Positions 23,101 to 36,513 of a stretch of 64,000 nt of DNA are shown here, piece by piece. A program made the position numbers and the translations under genes. A model generated the notes under the pieces. That model worked only from the letters and a program-made list of their open reading frames with translations, had not been told where the DNA came from and ran no database searches. How positions within the stretch are numbered: position 1 is the first letter of the stretch; each line of letters begins with the position of its first letter. The DNA is from Hydrolagus colliei (Eukaryota), in contig CM068752.1 of NCBI GenBank assembly GCA_035084275.1, positions 8,246,001 through 8,310,000 of the forward strand, given 5' to 3'.

Positions 23101-25652
23101 AGCAATAGTAGGAGGGGCGGCGGGGGGGATGTTGGGGGGAACTATCCAATAATGATTTGTCTTTGCTAGGTGTTACTTTGCTATAATTTATCTTCTTTTT
23201 GGTATGCTAATAAAGATAGATTCTTATCTGCTGAACCCAGCAGCATGTTCAATCAAGTGGAATGCAGTCATTATGCATTGATCCTTCAACTAATTTTGAG
23301 CTATTTTAAGTATCCCTTGACCTCCACCCGCTTCACCCCGCGGAGCTTTCCACTGATTTAAGTATTTTTAACGAGATGGCGAGAGAAGCAATGCTGAAAA
23401 AAATGCCCTACATAATTTGCACAGTTAATTACTAAATGTGGACTTAAAACTTAAAAGCTTATGTTTGTATATGGTTTATGCGTAAACACGCTCACTCTGT
23501 GCATAGAATCTGTAATATGCACTCCAAAATACAGACAGGCAAATGCCATGTTTATTTACATATTCTAGTCTTGCTGTATAACACTGAATAAATGTCATCA
23601 TTAGCTCAATGAGATGGCTTGTATCCTACGCATCTCAATTTCTACACAAATTTAGTTTCACTTCATGTAGTGATAAATAGAAAAACAAAAAGTAGATGGT
23701 AAAAATTTAAATTTGGAAACAAACAGCTGATTAATGTATCTTTATATTTTAAAATACTGATTGGCCTAATTTCCATTCTTTTCACTGTTGTTGCTTTTTT
23801 CATTATTATGACAACTTGTTAAACCACTTAGGCATTAAGTGGAATAACTGATTTCTAACAAGAATTCTTTCTGCATTTGGTGGAAATGATTGTAAAATGC
23901 AAATTTGGTTTTATGTTCAGAGCAACGCATTAGCAACATTATAGATGGATTCCTAAAACACATGCCTATAAAAGTAACGCATCATTTGCACTGTATCTTT
24001 CTAATTTACTTATTTAGAGATTATATACATTTATCTGAAACAGCAAATGCGAATAGACCTTCTTCCCAACCTGAATAGTCAAAACACCAAATACTGAGTA
24101 TTATTTCTGAACCTCAGATGCTTACAAACTGGAACACTGTAATGTAAATGCAAATTCTAATATCAAGCAGATCAGTTACCATGTAATATTATTCAGATTG
24201 CATTGTCAGCAGAAAAATGCATGTATTTGTACATCAATGTTAATCTACGTGGTGTCATATGTTGCTTTGAGTCAGACCAAAAATGACAACTTACAGTTTC
24301 TGGTCATTGTATTTTATTTACACTGAGCAAAACATATCCATTGCCACAATGAAATCTATAAGTAATTAGTATAAGCATCTGGATGAATAGTTTGAAATGA
24401 TAATTACAAAAATACAGAGTAATATGTGATGAAATGTACAGGGAAGTTACCTTTGGAGCAGGTAACCAGTGTTTCAAACCATGCTAATCATAAATCTAAG
24501 ATGAATTTATGAAATAGTTCAAAGGATTTTTTAAAATCCTAAACCAAGTTGTTTTAAATTACAGAAGGTACATTCTTGCCATACCTTGTGCCTCCTTTCC
24601 TAATCCAGGACTAGATTTATTTGGCAAATAACAATAGCATTGAACTGGACTATTGTATCCTGCTGATCTCTTTGGGGTTAACAGTGAGAATTGGCCTGAG
24701 TCCACTGGGTTTCATCCCAGTTGCTATTCAGTGGCACTTTAAAATGTGCTGGGTATGAATGTGGGACAATACATGACCTGATATAGCTGTGATTTCCCTC
24801 TCTCCCAAACTCCTTACAAACTCAAGAGTCTTATTATCTTGCTGACATTCAAGATCCCATCTCAAACCATAACGTGCAGTCACTGGGCTAAGTAACCCAA
24901 AGTGTGGCTTCTAACTGTGGTAATGTATACCATGACCTGACATGATCGTGTGCTTTAAGGGGTGAAGGAGAATAAACATAGGAAGGTAATTGATGTTTCC
25001 AAGATAAGTTTATTATTTGTAGAATATCTAAACAGAAAAAGCAAAGTATGTGAAATGCAATTGCATAAAAATAACTAATTGTATTGAATTGAAGGTTGCA
25101 CTGTGCAGAAAAAACTCAACATCTATAATAGTCAATAATCTCAACAATTATAATCTTTTAAAGAAACGAAAATCAATGCTTGAAATGAACCTTGGATTAT
25201 TTTTATTTCAACATTGTTTCTTTTTGCGTTTGGTTTGTTCCATTCAATTATGTAAAAATATTACAAAAATACTTGGATAATGTTACATAATTACTTGTGT
25301 ACTTCTGTAAATCATGTTGCAGTTGTTTTGATTTTCTTTCCAGGTTAAGCATTTAGTTCACAAATCTACCTGTAGAATAAATATTGTACTGTTGCTTTAC
25401 GTGCGTTAGCATTCAAATCTGCAACCATTTACTTAAATAAAGTGTATTATGCACATGCAGATATGCATGGTAAAAAATTCAGAAGAAATTTTGAACTGAA
25501 ATGATAGGACTTCTTGAATGATGACTGCTCATAAACGAACACCAGTTTTATATTTAACATTTTTAATATAAAAACGCCCATGTAAATACATTAATTAAGC
25601 ATTTCTTTAAATAGTTTGTAACCTGACACAATTGTGAGTGGAAAGAAAATAC

Positions 25653-25690
25653 AATAAATTCTTTTAAAATGTTCATTGTTGTCTTTTTTC
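25653..25690 (+). terminator. Candidate polyadenylation signal for the upstream subcluster
   Basis: AATAAA at 25653 followed by GU/U-rich TGTTCATTGTTGTCTTTTTT; other AATAAA copies at 20373, 20844, 21535, 23587 and 25376 are alternatives. Confidence 0.3.
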
Positions 25691-26267
25691 TGGAATATAA
25701 GATGTCATTTCAACATTCATAGCATGAATTGAAGAAAACATGAGGTTGAACAATTAGCCCCATTGAGCCTTGAAGGAGACTTCTGTGCTGCAACTTGTAT
25801 GTTTTAAGGATATTCACAGTTAATAAGCTAATGTAAAGGATATGTACCCATTTCCAACAAAAGATGCACTTACCCCTTAAAAGAACCGATGGGATTTATT
25901 GCATATTCACTGTACATATTTGATTATTGTTGTTGATCAATTGATCAGCTGTCAAACCATTTTTGGCAGACTTATCCCAACTTTTACATTGTACCTTACT
26001 TTCTGTCAGGATGAAGCAATTCCTCTCCCAATGCACCATTCAATTTGTGCCATTGTTTTGCAACTTCAGACATTTCAGAGTCGATTTGCCATTTGTGCCG
26101 CTTAGCAACAGAGCCTGTTTTCATTTTCAAAAATAAAAGAAAACTCCAAATGCAATTTACCAATAATTTTCCTTGTGTGACATTTTCCCGAAAGCGTGAT
26201 TTCACCCCGAATCTAGAGGAACTGACAATTCCACAATAATGTTAAACCACTCACTTCATGGAATACA

Positions 26268-26560
26268 ACAATAATAATCCATGCGTTTCATATAGTGGCG
26301 ACCTTACTACCTCTTTGAGACTTCTAAAAGTGCCTCACAGATTACACTAGTACTTATAGAATCATAAAATTTTATAGCACAGTAGGTGGTCATGTGGCCC
26401 ATTGTGCCATCTCTTTGAAAATCTGTCCAATTAGTCCCACTCCACCACTCTTTCCCCATAGCCTTGCAATTTTTTTTCCTTTCAAAGTATATATCCAATA
26501 CCCTTCTGAAAGTTGTTATTGAATCTACCTCCACCAGCATTTCAGGCAGTGCATTCCGAA
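26268..26560 (-). mobile_element. SINE tail plus CR1-type 3' fragment
   Basis: AATAATCCATGCGTTTCATATAG tail; ATAGAATCATA..CACAG..GGCCCATTGTG and NALPEMLVEVDSITTFRRVLD on the minus strand. Confidence 0.65.
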
Positions 26561-29099
26561 ATTGTCCCTTATTTCTGCAAAGGTAGTTCTGCAGAATTAT
26601 AATTCCTTTGCTATGAATTGGTAGCACTAGTTAGCATTAGACACATATCCGCTGAAACATCATTAAGCTGTTTCATTATTGTAGTATTGTATGGAACATT
26701 TCACTTGAAAAGGCATTTCGAAATACCGTGACCTTTCAAAGCACCATGTGTTTATAACTCATCACATTCAGTCGCTACCACTATAATTGTAACCTCACTC
26801 TTGTGCCATGGATTTGACTGGGGAGAGAAGAAAGATGTGACTCCCTCCATGAGTGTCACCATATGAGAGTGTGGTATGGCTGTGAATGAAACAATCAATT
26901 CTCCTTGATGCAATCAACAAATTCAATTGGCTTTGGAGTCAAAAACCATTGCAAAGATAAAAAGAAGAAGGACAAAAATGATTTATTTGCACATCACAGA
27001 ACAAATCGAAAGCACTTCGGGGGGAAATGAAATGAAAACTCATCTAAGGTACATCTAGTAGAAGATTCCACATGACATTCTGGCAGAGGTAAAAATGACA
27101 AGTTCAGGGGAAAACGCAGAAAGCACTTCTGTGATCTCAGTAGCTCTGATTTTACCTGTAGGGATCACTTTTTAACAAAAAATTACATTTCTATAGTGCC
27201 TTTCATGTCATAAGCACGTCCCAAAGATACTCCATTAAAATTGCTCAGGAATCATAATATATGAATCTAAATTTTCGCCATCTTGCATCTCACCAGATTG
27301 ACTCCATCCAAAGGGATTATGTGTTGTACGCAAGCACGTTGTCCAAATCGTGAGCATCTCACGAAATTACTGCTTGTTCTAGACATTCTCGATCAATTTC
27401 AGCTCCATTTGAAACTTGAATAATTCTACTTGTAGGAATAGAATATTTTGCTTCGGTTGTTTCCCTGCAAGCCTCAAGACAGTAACAGTGGCAAACTTTT
27501 GCCTTTTATCCTACGTGCACACCTAACTTCTTCTCTCTTGGCAATGTCCAATCAAAACGAATTTTGATCAAATGCCGACTTGTACCTTAGATATTAGCTT
27601 AGGATTCAAGGAGCAAGGAGTCAGACACTCCGTTTCCTTGGCAACAGGGCTAAAATCCTCGTGCAAAATTGATTCCTGAGGTGTATCTGGTAAACATTCA
27701 CGTTCCTCCTAACAGTTTTCACAGGAGTTATGTGTGTTACAATTGAAGGGGTTTCAAAAGAGAGCAAGATTATTTCTATTTCAATTCTCCCTATCTGCCA
27801 AAACTGTTATACCACAACAGAGAAATACTAGGAGAAAATGTTATAGGTGCAATTCGTTCATTTACAGCAACAATGCATTGCATGGAATTATATTGTTATT
27901 ACTTGCCTCCAACGATTGTATGCAATATTTACCAATCTGTGTTGTGCAAGGTAAAACTTGCATTCTCCCAGGAAACCATATTAATTTTCAACCAAGTTCC
28001 GATTTTAGAACCAAAGTTTGCTGGGCCAATTACAAAAGTGCACAGAAAGTTTCATGTACTCCAGATACTTTCAAAAAGTCTATTAGTTTATCTACGACAA
28101 ATGTACTTCGAATACGATTGCTGTAAAACACAGTCACCTCACTAATTCCATGCCGCAGATATGCACATCTCACTCAGATCCAAACATTCAAAATAATCCC
28201 CAAAATATTTGGGTTACCGTTTCCAGCTGGATCTCACTTGGCAACTAGGCTGCATTCATTCTAAGTGACAATAATCTATTTCAGATCGAGTGTTAAGGTC
28301 TTTTTTTTCATAGATAAAGAGATAAACATATTTTTAAGTGTTTAATTTTAATTAATTTGCTCTTTGTTGTATTTTTTCAGTCAGAACCGCCGTTTCTACC
28401 ACTTCACCACTGTTTACAACTCCCGATGAACATTATTGATAGAGAAATAAGCCTTCAATCTGCATTTCCCTCTTCAAAGGCCCCATTGCTTGCTGCTTAG
28501 ATTCGTCTTTTATTTATAAGATAACACAGCGGAATCCCATCAACATAAATTTCAACCAACCACAAATGGGCAATCCAGGCCATAAATGTACGTTTTAATA
28601 TATATAAAACTGTTAGGCGAAATGATAGAAAAAAGCAGTAGGCATACTTAAGGGATGACTTTGTTTCCTTTGCTTATTATCCAGTATTGAGTGCAGAATT
28701 AATTCTCTCTCCCTCCGGGAATTCTGCCAAAGGTCGGATGAAAAATATTCCAAGGCTCATTAAGTTTGGACATTCGCTAAGAACTCCGGGAGGCAATTTT
28801 CACGCGAGTGCACAATAATGAGTTTAATAAGTTGACTCCAAGAAAACACACACATATATATTCAGAATACTGCAGAACATGCAGAAAGAATACTGGCAGT
28901 TTAATAGCTATATAGTAATTTCGCTTTGGGTAATGTGTTGTACAAGCAGAATAGCACTTATTGATCGCTGAAAAGTTTGAATTTCAAAGCAGTTTAAATT
29001 CCTCCTTTTATTTTTTTTTTACAAGAACACCAGCAGCAAGATCATGTCAAATTCAATGTGCATTTCAGCACTGGAACATTCTCAGCGGGAATTCAGTAT

Positions 29100-29272
29100 G
29101 GAAGGGAGGGAGAGAAGGGAGGAAGGGGAGGGAGGAAGAGAGGGATGGGGGTAAGGTGGTGGGAGATAGAGAGAGAGAGGGCAAGAGAGAGGGATGGGGA
29201 GAGGCAAGAAGGGAGGAATAGAGAGGAATAGAGAGTAAGGGGAGGTGGGTGGGAGAGAGAGGGGGGGAGAGA
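29100..29272 (+). repeat. Polypurine (GA-rich) low-complexity tract
   Basis: ~170 bp composed almost entirely of G and A. Confidence 0.9.
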
Positions 29273-29531
29273 AATTCTGATTAGGACAAGAAAGGCAGAA
29301 AACGTTTTGAGAAACATTTGAACATTTTATATTCCAGTGCTTTTTGCATGTCTTGCTCCGTAGAGTGAAGCATTAATTCCTCACTTTGAAAACTACCGTG
29401 AAGCATAAACCAGAATAGCGCTATCTATATATGTGCTATTGTTGTTGGAGAGGTGTGGGGGAGGAGGGTCCTTAAGTGAAGCTGAATCTTTCTTTGCATT
29501 AAACTGTTACGCGTTGAATCTCTTGCAGCTG

Positions 29532-29552
29532 CTGTCCGCTACTCAGTGCTGA
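29532..29552 (-). promoter_or_regulatory. Candidate non-canonical (spaced) RE1/NRSE site
   Basis: CTGTCC-N7-AGTGCTGA, versus canonical CTGTCC-N2-GGTGCTGA. Confidence 0.45.
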
Positions 29553-29587
29553 TATGTGAGCGGTACTTAACAAAAACCCTGCACAAC

Positions 29588-29680
29588 AACACACACAAAC
29601 CAAACCACCTCCACACACACTCTCTCACTCACATACACACACACACACACACACACACATTACATACACACACGCGCGCG
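29588..29680. repeat. (CA)n microsatellite ending in (CG)4, in the V1 promoter region
   Basis: Direct reading of the sequence. Confidence 0.9.
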
Positions 29681-30004
29681 CCTGTAGCCTAATTAAAGTA
29701 CAAATCGGCGTTACAAGAGAGCATTACATTCCTTCCCGGGTCGATGTCTGGAGAACAGATTGAGAACGGCGCTCCCAAAGAATCCTCTTCCCCACCTCCC
29801 TAGGTTGATCATTTCTCAGGCAGCACAGAATCTGAACAACTGAATGTGTTTCCCAACGCACGGGAACTTCCCCTAAAAGTGGATAGCTACCAGTCAATAA
29901 TATCTGTCTCCCCCACCACCATCACCCACCCCTTCAACCTCTCTCTAATCAATACTCACAAGAACAAGGGAGATATATTTTACCCTCACCTGCGGTTGTG
30001 GAAA

Positions 30005-32575
30005 ATGTTTACTGGATGGAGAAAGGGGACACTAGCCAGGCAAGTGGTGTGTTTTATCGCCGTATCCTTCATCGGCGACTTGATTTCTGCCCAGATCCGC
30101 TATTCGATTCCCGAAGAGTTGAAACACGGCGCTTTTGTGGGGAACATTGCTGACGATTTGGGTTTAGATATCCGAACACTCTCAGCCCGAAGGCTGCGCA
30201 TCGTTTCCGGGGCTATCAAACAATACCTGGAGGTGAACTTAGGGAACGGCATCTTGTTTGTCAATGAAAAGATAGACAGGGAACTATTGTGTGGCGAAGG
30301 AATTACCTGCTTTCTGCACCTGGAGGTGATCATCGAAAATCCGCTGGAGCTTTACCGAATCGAGGTGGAGATTCTGGATGTGAATGACAATTCTCCGGTC
30401 TTCTTGAGGAAGGAGCTCGAGTTGGAGATCATAGAGTCGGCTGCGCTCGGCACTCGCTTCCCCCTGGAGAGTGCGCACGATCCAGATGTTGGCAGCAACT
30501 CCGTCCGCACCTACCGACTCAGCCCCAATGAACACTTTATCCTGGATGTAGAGACGCGCAGCGATCGCAGCAAATTCGCCGAACTGGTGCTGGAGAAACC
30601 GCTGGATAGGGAACAACAGCGCAGTCACCATCTGATCCTGACCGCCATTGACGGGGGGGTCCCGGTGAAGTCTGGCACGGCTCTGGTCAGCATTCTGGTC
30701 CTGGACGCTAATGACAACGTGCCTGTCTTCGAGCAGTCCGTTTACAAAGTTAGCTTGTTAGAAAACACGCCCAAAGGCACACGAGTCGTGAAACTCAGCG
30801 CCAGTGATTTGGACGAAGGCTCCAACAGCGAAATAGTATATTCCTTCAGTAGTCATACTCCGCCTAGTGTCCACCAACTGTTCAGTGTGGATCCCAATAC
30901 GGGTGAAATTAGAGTCAATGGTATTGTTGACTACGAGGAAGCAACTGTTTATGAGATTTATGTGCAAGCCAAGGATAAGGGCGGCCCATATGCAATCCCC
31001 GTCCATTGCAAGGTCCTAGTGGAGGTAATTGATGCCAATGATAATGCCCCAGAAGTGATATTGACCTCGCTGTCCAGCCCAGTCCAGGAAGATGCTACAC
31101 CCGGAACTGTGATCGCTCTCATTAGCGTTACAGACCAAGACTCTGGTAAAAATGGCCAAACAAATTGCAGGATAGGCCAGAACCTTCCATTCAGACTCCA
31201 AACCTCCTTCAAGAACTATTACACTCTGGTGACCGCCGATACTCTAGACCGAGAGCGTGTCTCTGAGTACAATATCACAATTACAGCCTCTGACTTGGGA
31301 ACTCCTTCTATGTCCACCCAAAAATCGATAGTCCTTAAGGTCTCAGATGTGAATGACAATGCACCAACATTCTCCAAACCTTCCTACACAGTTTATATCA
31401 TGGAAAATAACGCTCCCGGAGCCGCCGTTTGCTCCGTATCTGCACTTGACCCCGATTTGAATCAGAACTCCTACTTGTCCTATTCAATCCTAGATAAATC
31501 CATCCAGGGGTTGTCGTCCAGAACCTACGTGTCCATTAACTCCGATAACGGCAATATTTACGCGTTAAGGTCCTTCGACTACGAGCAACTCAAAGGGTTT
31601 CAGATCGAGATCCAAGCCCAAGATGCCGGGTTCCCACCACTCAGTGGCAAAGCGCATGTCAACGTTATTATATTGGACCAGAACGACAACGCTCCGGTCA
31701 TCTTGTCCCCACAACCCAACAATGGTTCCGCAGCGTTAGAGACGATCCATCGGTTTGTGGAGCCCGGTCACTTGCTGACCAAAGTCAACGCCGCTGATGC
31801 CGATTCTGGCAAGAATGCACGGCTGTGTTATCAGTTGCTCCAAGCCACCGATTCGACGCTGATTAATGTGGCGCAGTACACTGGAGAGATTAGGACAACC
31901 AGACGCTTTGGGGACAATGAGGCCCCCAAGCAAACGTTGCTGATCCTGGTGAAGGACAACGGGCAACCTCCGCTTTCAGCCTCCGTTACCATTATCCTTT
32001 CAATCGTGGACAGTATCACGGAGCCTATGCCTGATGAGGTCGCTGACCTGTCTACCAAAGCAGAACACACGTCCGACCTCACTTTCTACTTAATTGTCAC
32101 CCTGGGGTCCATTTCGTTCGTCTTTCTGCTGGCCATCATTATCGTGGCTGCCACCAAGTGCCACCAATGCAGAAATAATGTGCACGATTACAGCTGTCCC
32201 TTGGGACATTGCCCATGTCTCCAGCGAGTTAATTCGACTGATATCTTGAAAACGTCGAAACTGAACCTTCAAATGACCACCAACTCCAAGGTGCCCCCTG
32301 AGTTTCTGGAGGTTGGAGGGAGTGGTCACCTCCCTTGTACCTACTATTACAAGGTGTGCCTGACTCCTGAATCCGCCAAGAGCGATTTTACTTTTCTCAA
32401 ACCGTTCAGTCCTGCAACCCCGAGCGACAACAACAGGAACAATATCGACCCACAGGAGACGCCTTGGCAGAAGCAGGCCACAAAACCTCTCAACAATTAC
32501 CTATCACCCACGAAGATCAACCGCAAAGCTATTGAATCTCGCAGGGTAGAGTCGAGTAGGCCTCCATCCCACCAG
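30005..32575 (+). CDS. Clustered protocadherin variable exon V1 (C-type-like), 857 codons
   Basis: ATG 30005 (MFTGWRK), signal peptide, QIRYSIPEE, six EC repeats (DRE, DxNDNxP, DYE), [22 protein letters not shown], donor CAG|GTGAGA after 32575, phase 0. Confidence 0.95.
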
Positions 32576-33264
32576 GTGAGACCTGAGCTCACTTGTGATT
32601 TTGTTTACTTAGAAGATTTTTTATTTTAATTATTCATTTCCATGTAGTTTACATGTTAAACGTACCTCTGCAAATCTTCCTGATTGCATTACCATGAGCC
32701 GAACTTTTTGACTTGCCTTTGGGTGCATTCATAACCTCTGATTCATACATTATGCATACCTAACGTTAATCGCTAAGATGATGTTTAATTAATCCTTGGA
32801 GTACCAGATTTCACTTGAATTGATAAGACATCTGGGTTTGCTTCCACCATTTATAATTTTTAATGATATAAAGTGAAATACTCTACCATTTAAGCATAAC
32901 AGAGGTGCGAAGGGGGGAGGAGGGTAAATTGAAGAATTGCAATCTGCAATCGATATCATTTTGAATGTGTACAATATGTAGCCTTTTTAAAGAGCTTGGT
33001 TCAATTTGTTTGATTGGACCGCCTGCTATTTTTAGATGGCGAATTCTTCCCATGACATTTTAACGTGAGAAATCCGATTGTCCTAATGAGTTGTCTCCTT
33101 GCAAATAGTGAATCGACATAAGGCAGTGCGTTGGGCTGCTGTTCCTCTGATAGAGAATAAGAAATAATGAAATAAGATCATTCGACGCTACAGGATAAGT
33201 TGGAATGTGTAGTGCAGCACAAGTATCAAAGTAGGGTGTCACAGATACCAGCACGGGTTGGAGA

Positions 33265-33470
33265 AGTAAAAGCAGACATGGCTGGGAACACTCAGCAGGC
33301 CAGGCCGCATCTATGGAGAGAGGAAAGCGTGTCAATGTTTTGGATCCACGACCCTTGGTTCAGACATTGACTCACTTTCCCTCTCTCCATGGATGCTGCT
33401 TGACCTGCTGAATGTGTCCGCCGATTTCTGTTTTTGTTTCAGGCTTCCAGTACTGTACCTGCAGTATTTC
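33265..33470. repeat. Decayed copy of the palindromic hairpin repeat
   Basis: CTCAGCAGGCCAGGCCGCATCTATGGAGAG ... CTCTCCATGGATGCTGCTTGACCTGCTGA; centre partly deleted. Confidence 0.75.
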
Positions 33471-36158
33471 GCGTTGCGTTGCAGGAGCGTTAGGTGAGGA
33501 GTAGAAACAGCGCGCCGAATGGTGGCAGAGTTAGGGAATTTTACAAAGAATGAAATAAAAACTGCGCCTCCAATGAATCTTACACGTTAACCATGTGAGG
33601 CACAGCGCAATCTTTGTTCGCTTGTACAATGAATACGATGAAGTTTAAGACTTTTTTTTAATGAAAAGGCGTTGTGTCCTTCCTTTGTCCCTTCAAAGCA
33701 TTTCCGAAACGAGGCAGACATTCATTTCCACACGCGTTAACATGATCACATAGTTCTCAGTTAGAAATTAAACGGGTATTTAGTTTTGCACTGAATCATA
33801 AACTATGATAATTCTACTAACTCGAGATATTCAAATGACGTGAGTACAGCATTCATCATGTGGAATTACTGTGTGTCAACTGCGCTGAAAGTGTAGTGAC
33901 GATTCTGTATATTTAAGCAAATATCTTCTCCATATGTATCCACGCTATTTAATAAATTGCGACATACGTCAGCTCCAAAATATAGTTTTCAGACACATTA
34001 ATGATTAAAATAATTGGTCATTTGAGTATTAAATGTGAAACTTTTCAATGGAAACAGTAGAAACGCAAAACAACACAATCCATTATATCGGTAAAACAAA
34101 TAACCGAACTTTCCAAGTGTACTTGATCCCAGATACAATTTCATCAAGTTACATAACACTGGACAATAATAATAATAATGTACACGGACTACATATCATT
34201 CACTGTGGCATATCTACGGTGTCACGCAGGCTCCGAAATTCTGTGCTGTGGATTTGGGCCGAATAGCTTGTGAATAAACTCTGCACCTGATCAGGGTTTC
34301 AACGATGAAGGGGTGGAATTGGAATTGACCTCAAAACGGATTGCATAGTTTGGGATTGTTTTGATAGAAAAACACAAAACAACTAAAGAGAAGTCCAGGG
34401 TTTTTATGATATACCTTAATACAACAACTAGTAACAACACATGTATATTAATATGGCGCGTTTCGAGGTTTGAACACCTGTCAATGAGATGGGGCAAGGC
34501 GTCCCCAATAGATTCCAGGCAGATATATCTATTGGAATGTATATTGACATACACCACAGAACGTGATTTAATGTTAAGTGAGAAGGCATCTAATTTGTGC
34601 AAGGACAGAATGTTTATTTAGCACTTTTTATGTACCTGTGATATTCTGAATCTACATAAAACATCCCAACATTTTAGAATCTCAGGCGGTGTCTGTTTTT
34701 ATCAGACAGAGGACGAAGACTATGTGGTATTGCAATATTTCGGTGATTAAGATAAATTTGTGCATTCAAGTGTCGTGATTCTGCTGGAAAGGGCGCTTCT
34801 CTGCGTACAATCTATTTTAGAAATAAAAGTAATAATGAAGAAAAAGTACGCCTCTAGATGTAATAGTGCGCCTTGGTAATGATTATATCACAGCACAAAC
34901 TTGTGTTGTTAGTTTTTCAAGGCTAATTTGTTTAAGAGAGTGCTGGATATTACAATGCCACATACTATATGTTTAATGGTCGTATTGCGAACAGGTCCCA
35001 GCTGGTGGGAATATTTACTATTCAATTTCTGACGAATTAGATCTCACTAGCCTGGCTTATAATATTGCAAACTATTTCGGGTTAGATTTTTATACAGTTT
35101 TCTGCTCGTAGCTGTCTAATGAAAGGCGCTCTATAAATGTAAATTGTTGTTGTAATTATATCTGAGTCTAGGTGGGAATAATTTTGTGCAACTATAAAAA
35201 ATAGTAAACTAAAATAATTTGGAACAATTTCACTGACAGAACATAGCACGCCGAATCAACTTTCCAACCTTCCACTGACTTTAAAAGACACTGATGCGTT
35301 TAAATTTGATGACGGAATCAGGTCACATTAACCGTGAAACAATTGCACCAATAAAAATACGAGAAGCCAATCAACAAGTATTTATCTGTCTTCCTTTTAA
35401 TCATCCCAATCCATTCTTAAGCTTCTGGTGTATCCGTTGTGTGAAGATGTGTGTATTACTTTATCTCGCTATAATATGAACGCAATGTCCTATAATTTGG
35501 GATCCCTCCGTTGAAATGAAGAGTCGTCAATAGTTGGCTTGTCTATCTCTCTTTATTTGAAGAACAAACTTCAATACGACTAACCTATCCTGATCAACTA
35601 TTCTAGGCAGTATATGGGGAGGGAGTGTGGGTGGGGGTGGGGGGATATCTGACAGTAGAAGAGGTGGGCATTGAACATGGGCCTCTGGCAAGGTCTGTGG
35701 CCGTGAAGGGTATGTGTGTGTATTTGTTTTGGGTGGGAGTGGGTGGGACTGTGTGCATTATTCTATTCTATTCTATTCTACTCTAGGAAACTTATTCCAC
35801 CAATAACTAACATTTATTCACAGGACGTTTCAACACTGGGGGGAGGGGGGAGGGGCTGTGGAGGGGTATTGGGGGAATCTACTGTTGTCAACCTTCCCAA
35901 GCCAGTGAGCAACCTTTTAAGGTTGGGGAGTTCAAAACCAGAAACAGTGCTACAAGTGAAACTCCACATAACTTTAACATCACATCTTTGCTTTTGTATT
36001 CCTGACTACATCCCGAAAATGACCGCCCAGTCATTTTGACTGCGCCATATTTGGGATAAATAACGTAAGGAAATTAATAATTAATAGCCAGATGAATTCA
36101 GTCAATTTGCACAACATTAAATGTAAATAGTAATATGCCATTCAGCAGCGGCAGTATT

Positions 36159-36285
36159 GCTTTAAGAACGGTTGATTTGATTATTGGTCAATCGCTTTGT
36201 GTCACTGACGACCAATCAGGTGAAGAAATGTATTCCGCGATCCCTTATCACGCCCCCTTCCCATCGCCAACCTCTGCGCAGAATC
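36159..36285 (+). promoter_or_regulatory. Variable-exon promoter module (V2)
   Basis: GCTTTAAGAA(36159)-N15-TTGG-N23-ACCAAT(36211)-N22-GATCC(36239), then a C-rich tract. Confidence 0.75.
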
Positions 36286-36513
36286 AGTGCTCATTATTAT
36301 TCCAGGTTTTCCATTCAACTCGGAGGATGGGCCTCAAATACTCTAAGGAGATTTGTACAATTACTTCTGGGCATTATGACCAACACAGGCCGGCCTTTCA
36401 CTCAGAAGGCGTCTATTCTGGAAGCGGGAGGTAACGAACCACAATATTATTTGATACATGAGTAATTATCGCGCCCCTCTATCAGCGCATTTCGTGAGGA
36501 TTTTGTTGCAGAA

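Noticed and set aside
3353-29317. Dozens of 60-150 aa ORFs in AT-rich intron and intergenic DNA
   Set aside because: No recognisable domains, many start at TTG/GTG, lengths as expected by chance
29846-30004. Upstream extensions of Pcdh ORFs from GTG/TTG starts (also 40816, 46158, 50569, 59635)
   Set aside because: Artefact of prokaryote-style start calling; signal peptides follow the downstream ATGs
36159-36168. GCTTTAA as a Kolobok/piggyBac transposon end (TTAA target)
   Set aside because: Conservation continues on the far side of TTAA, no partner inverted terminus is visible, and position is tied to the ATGs
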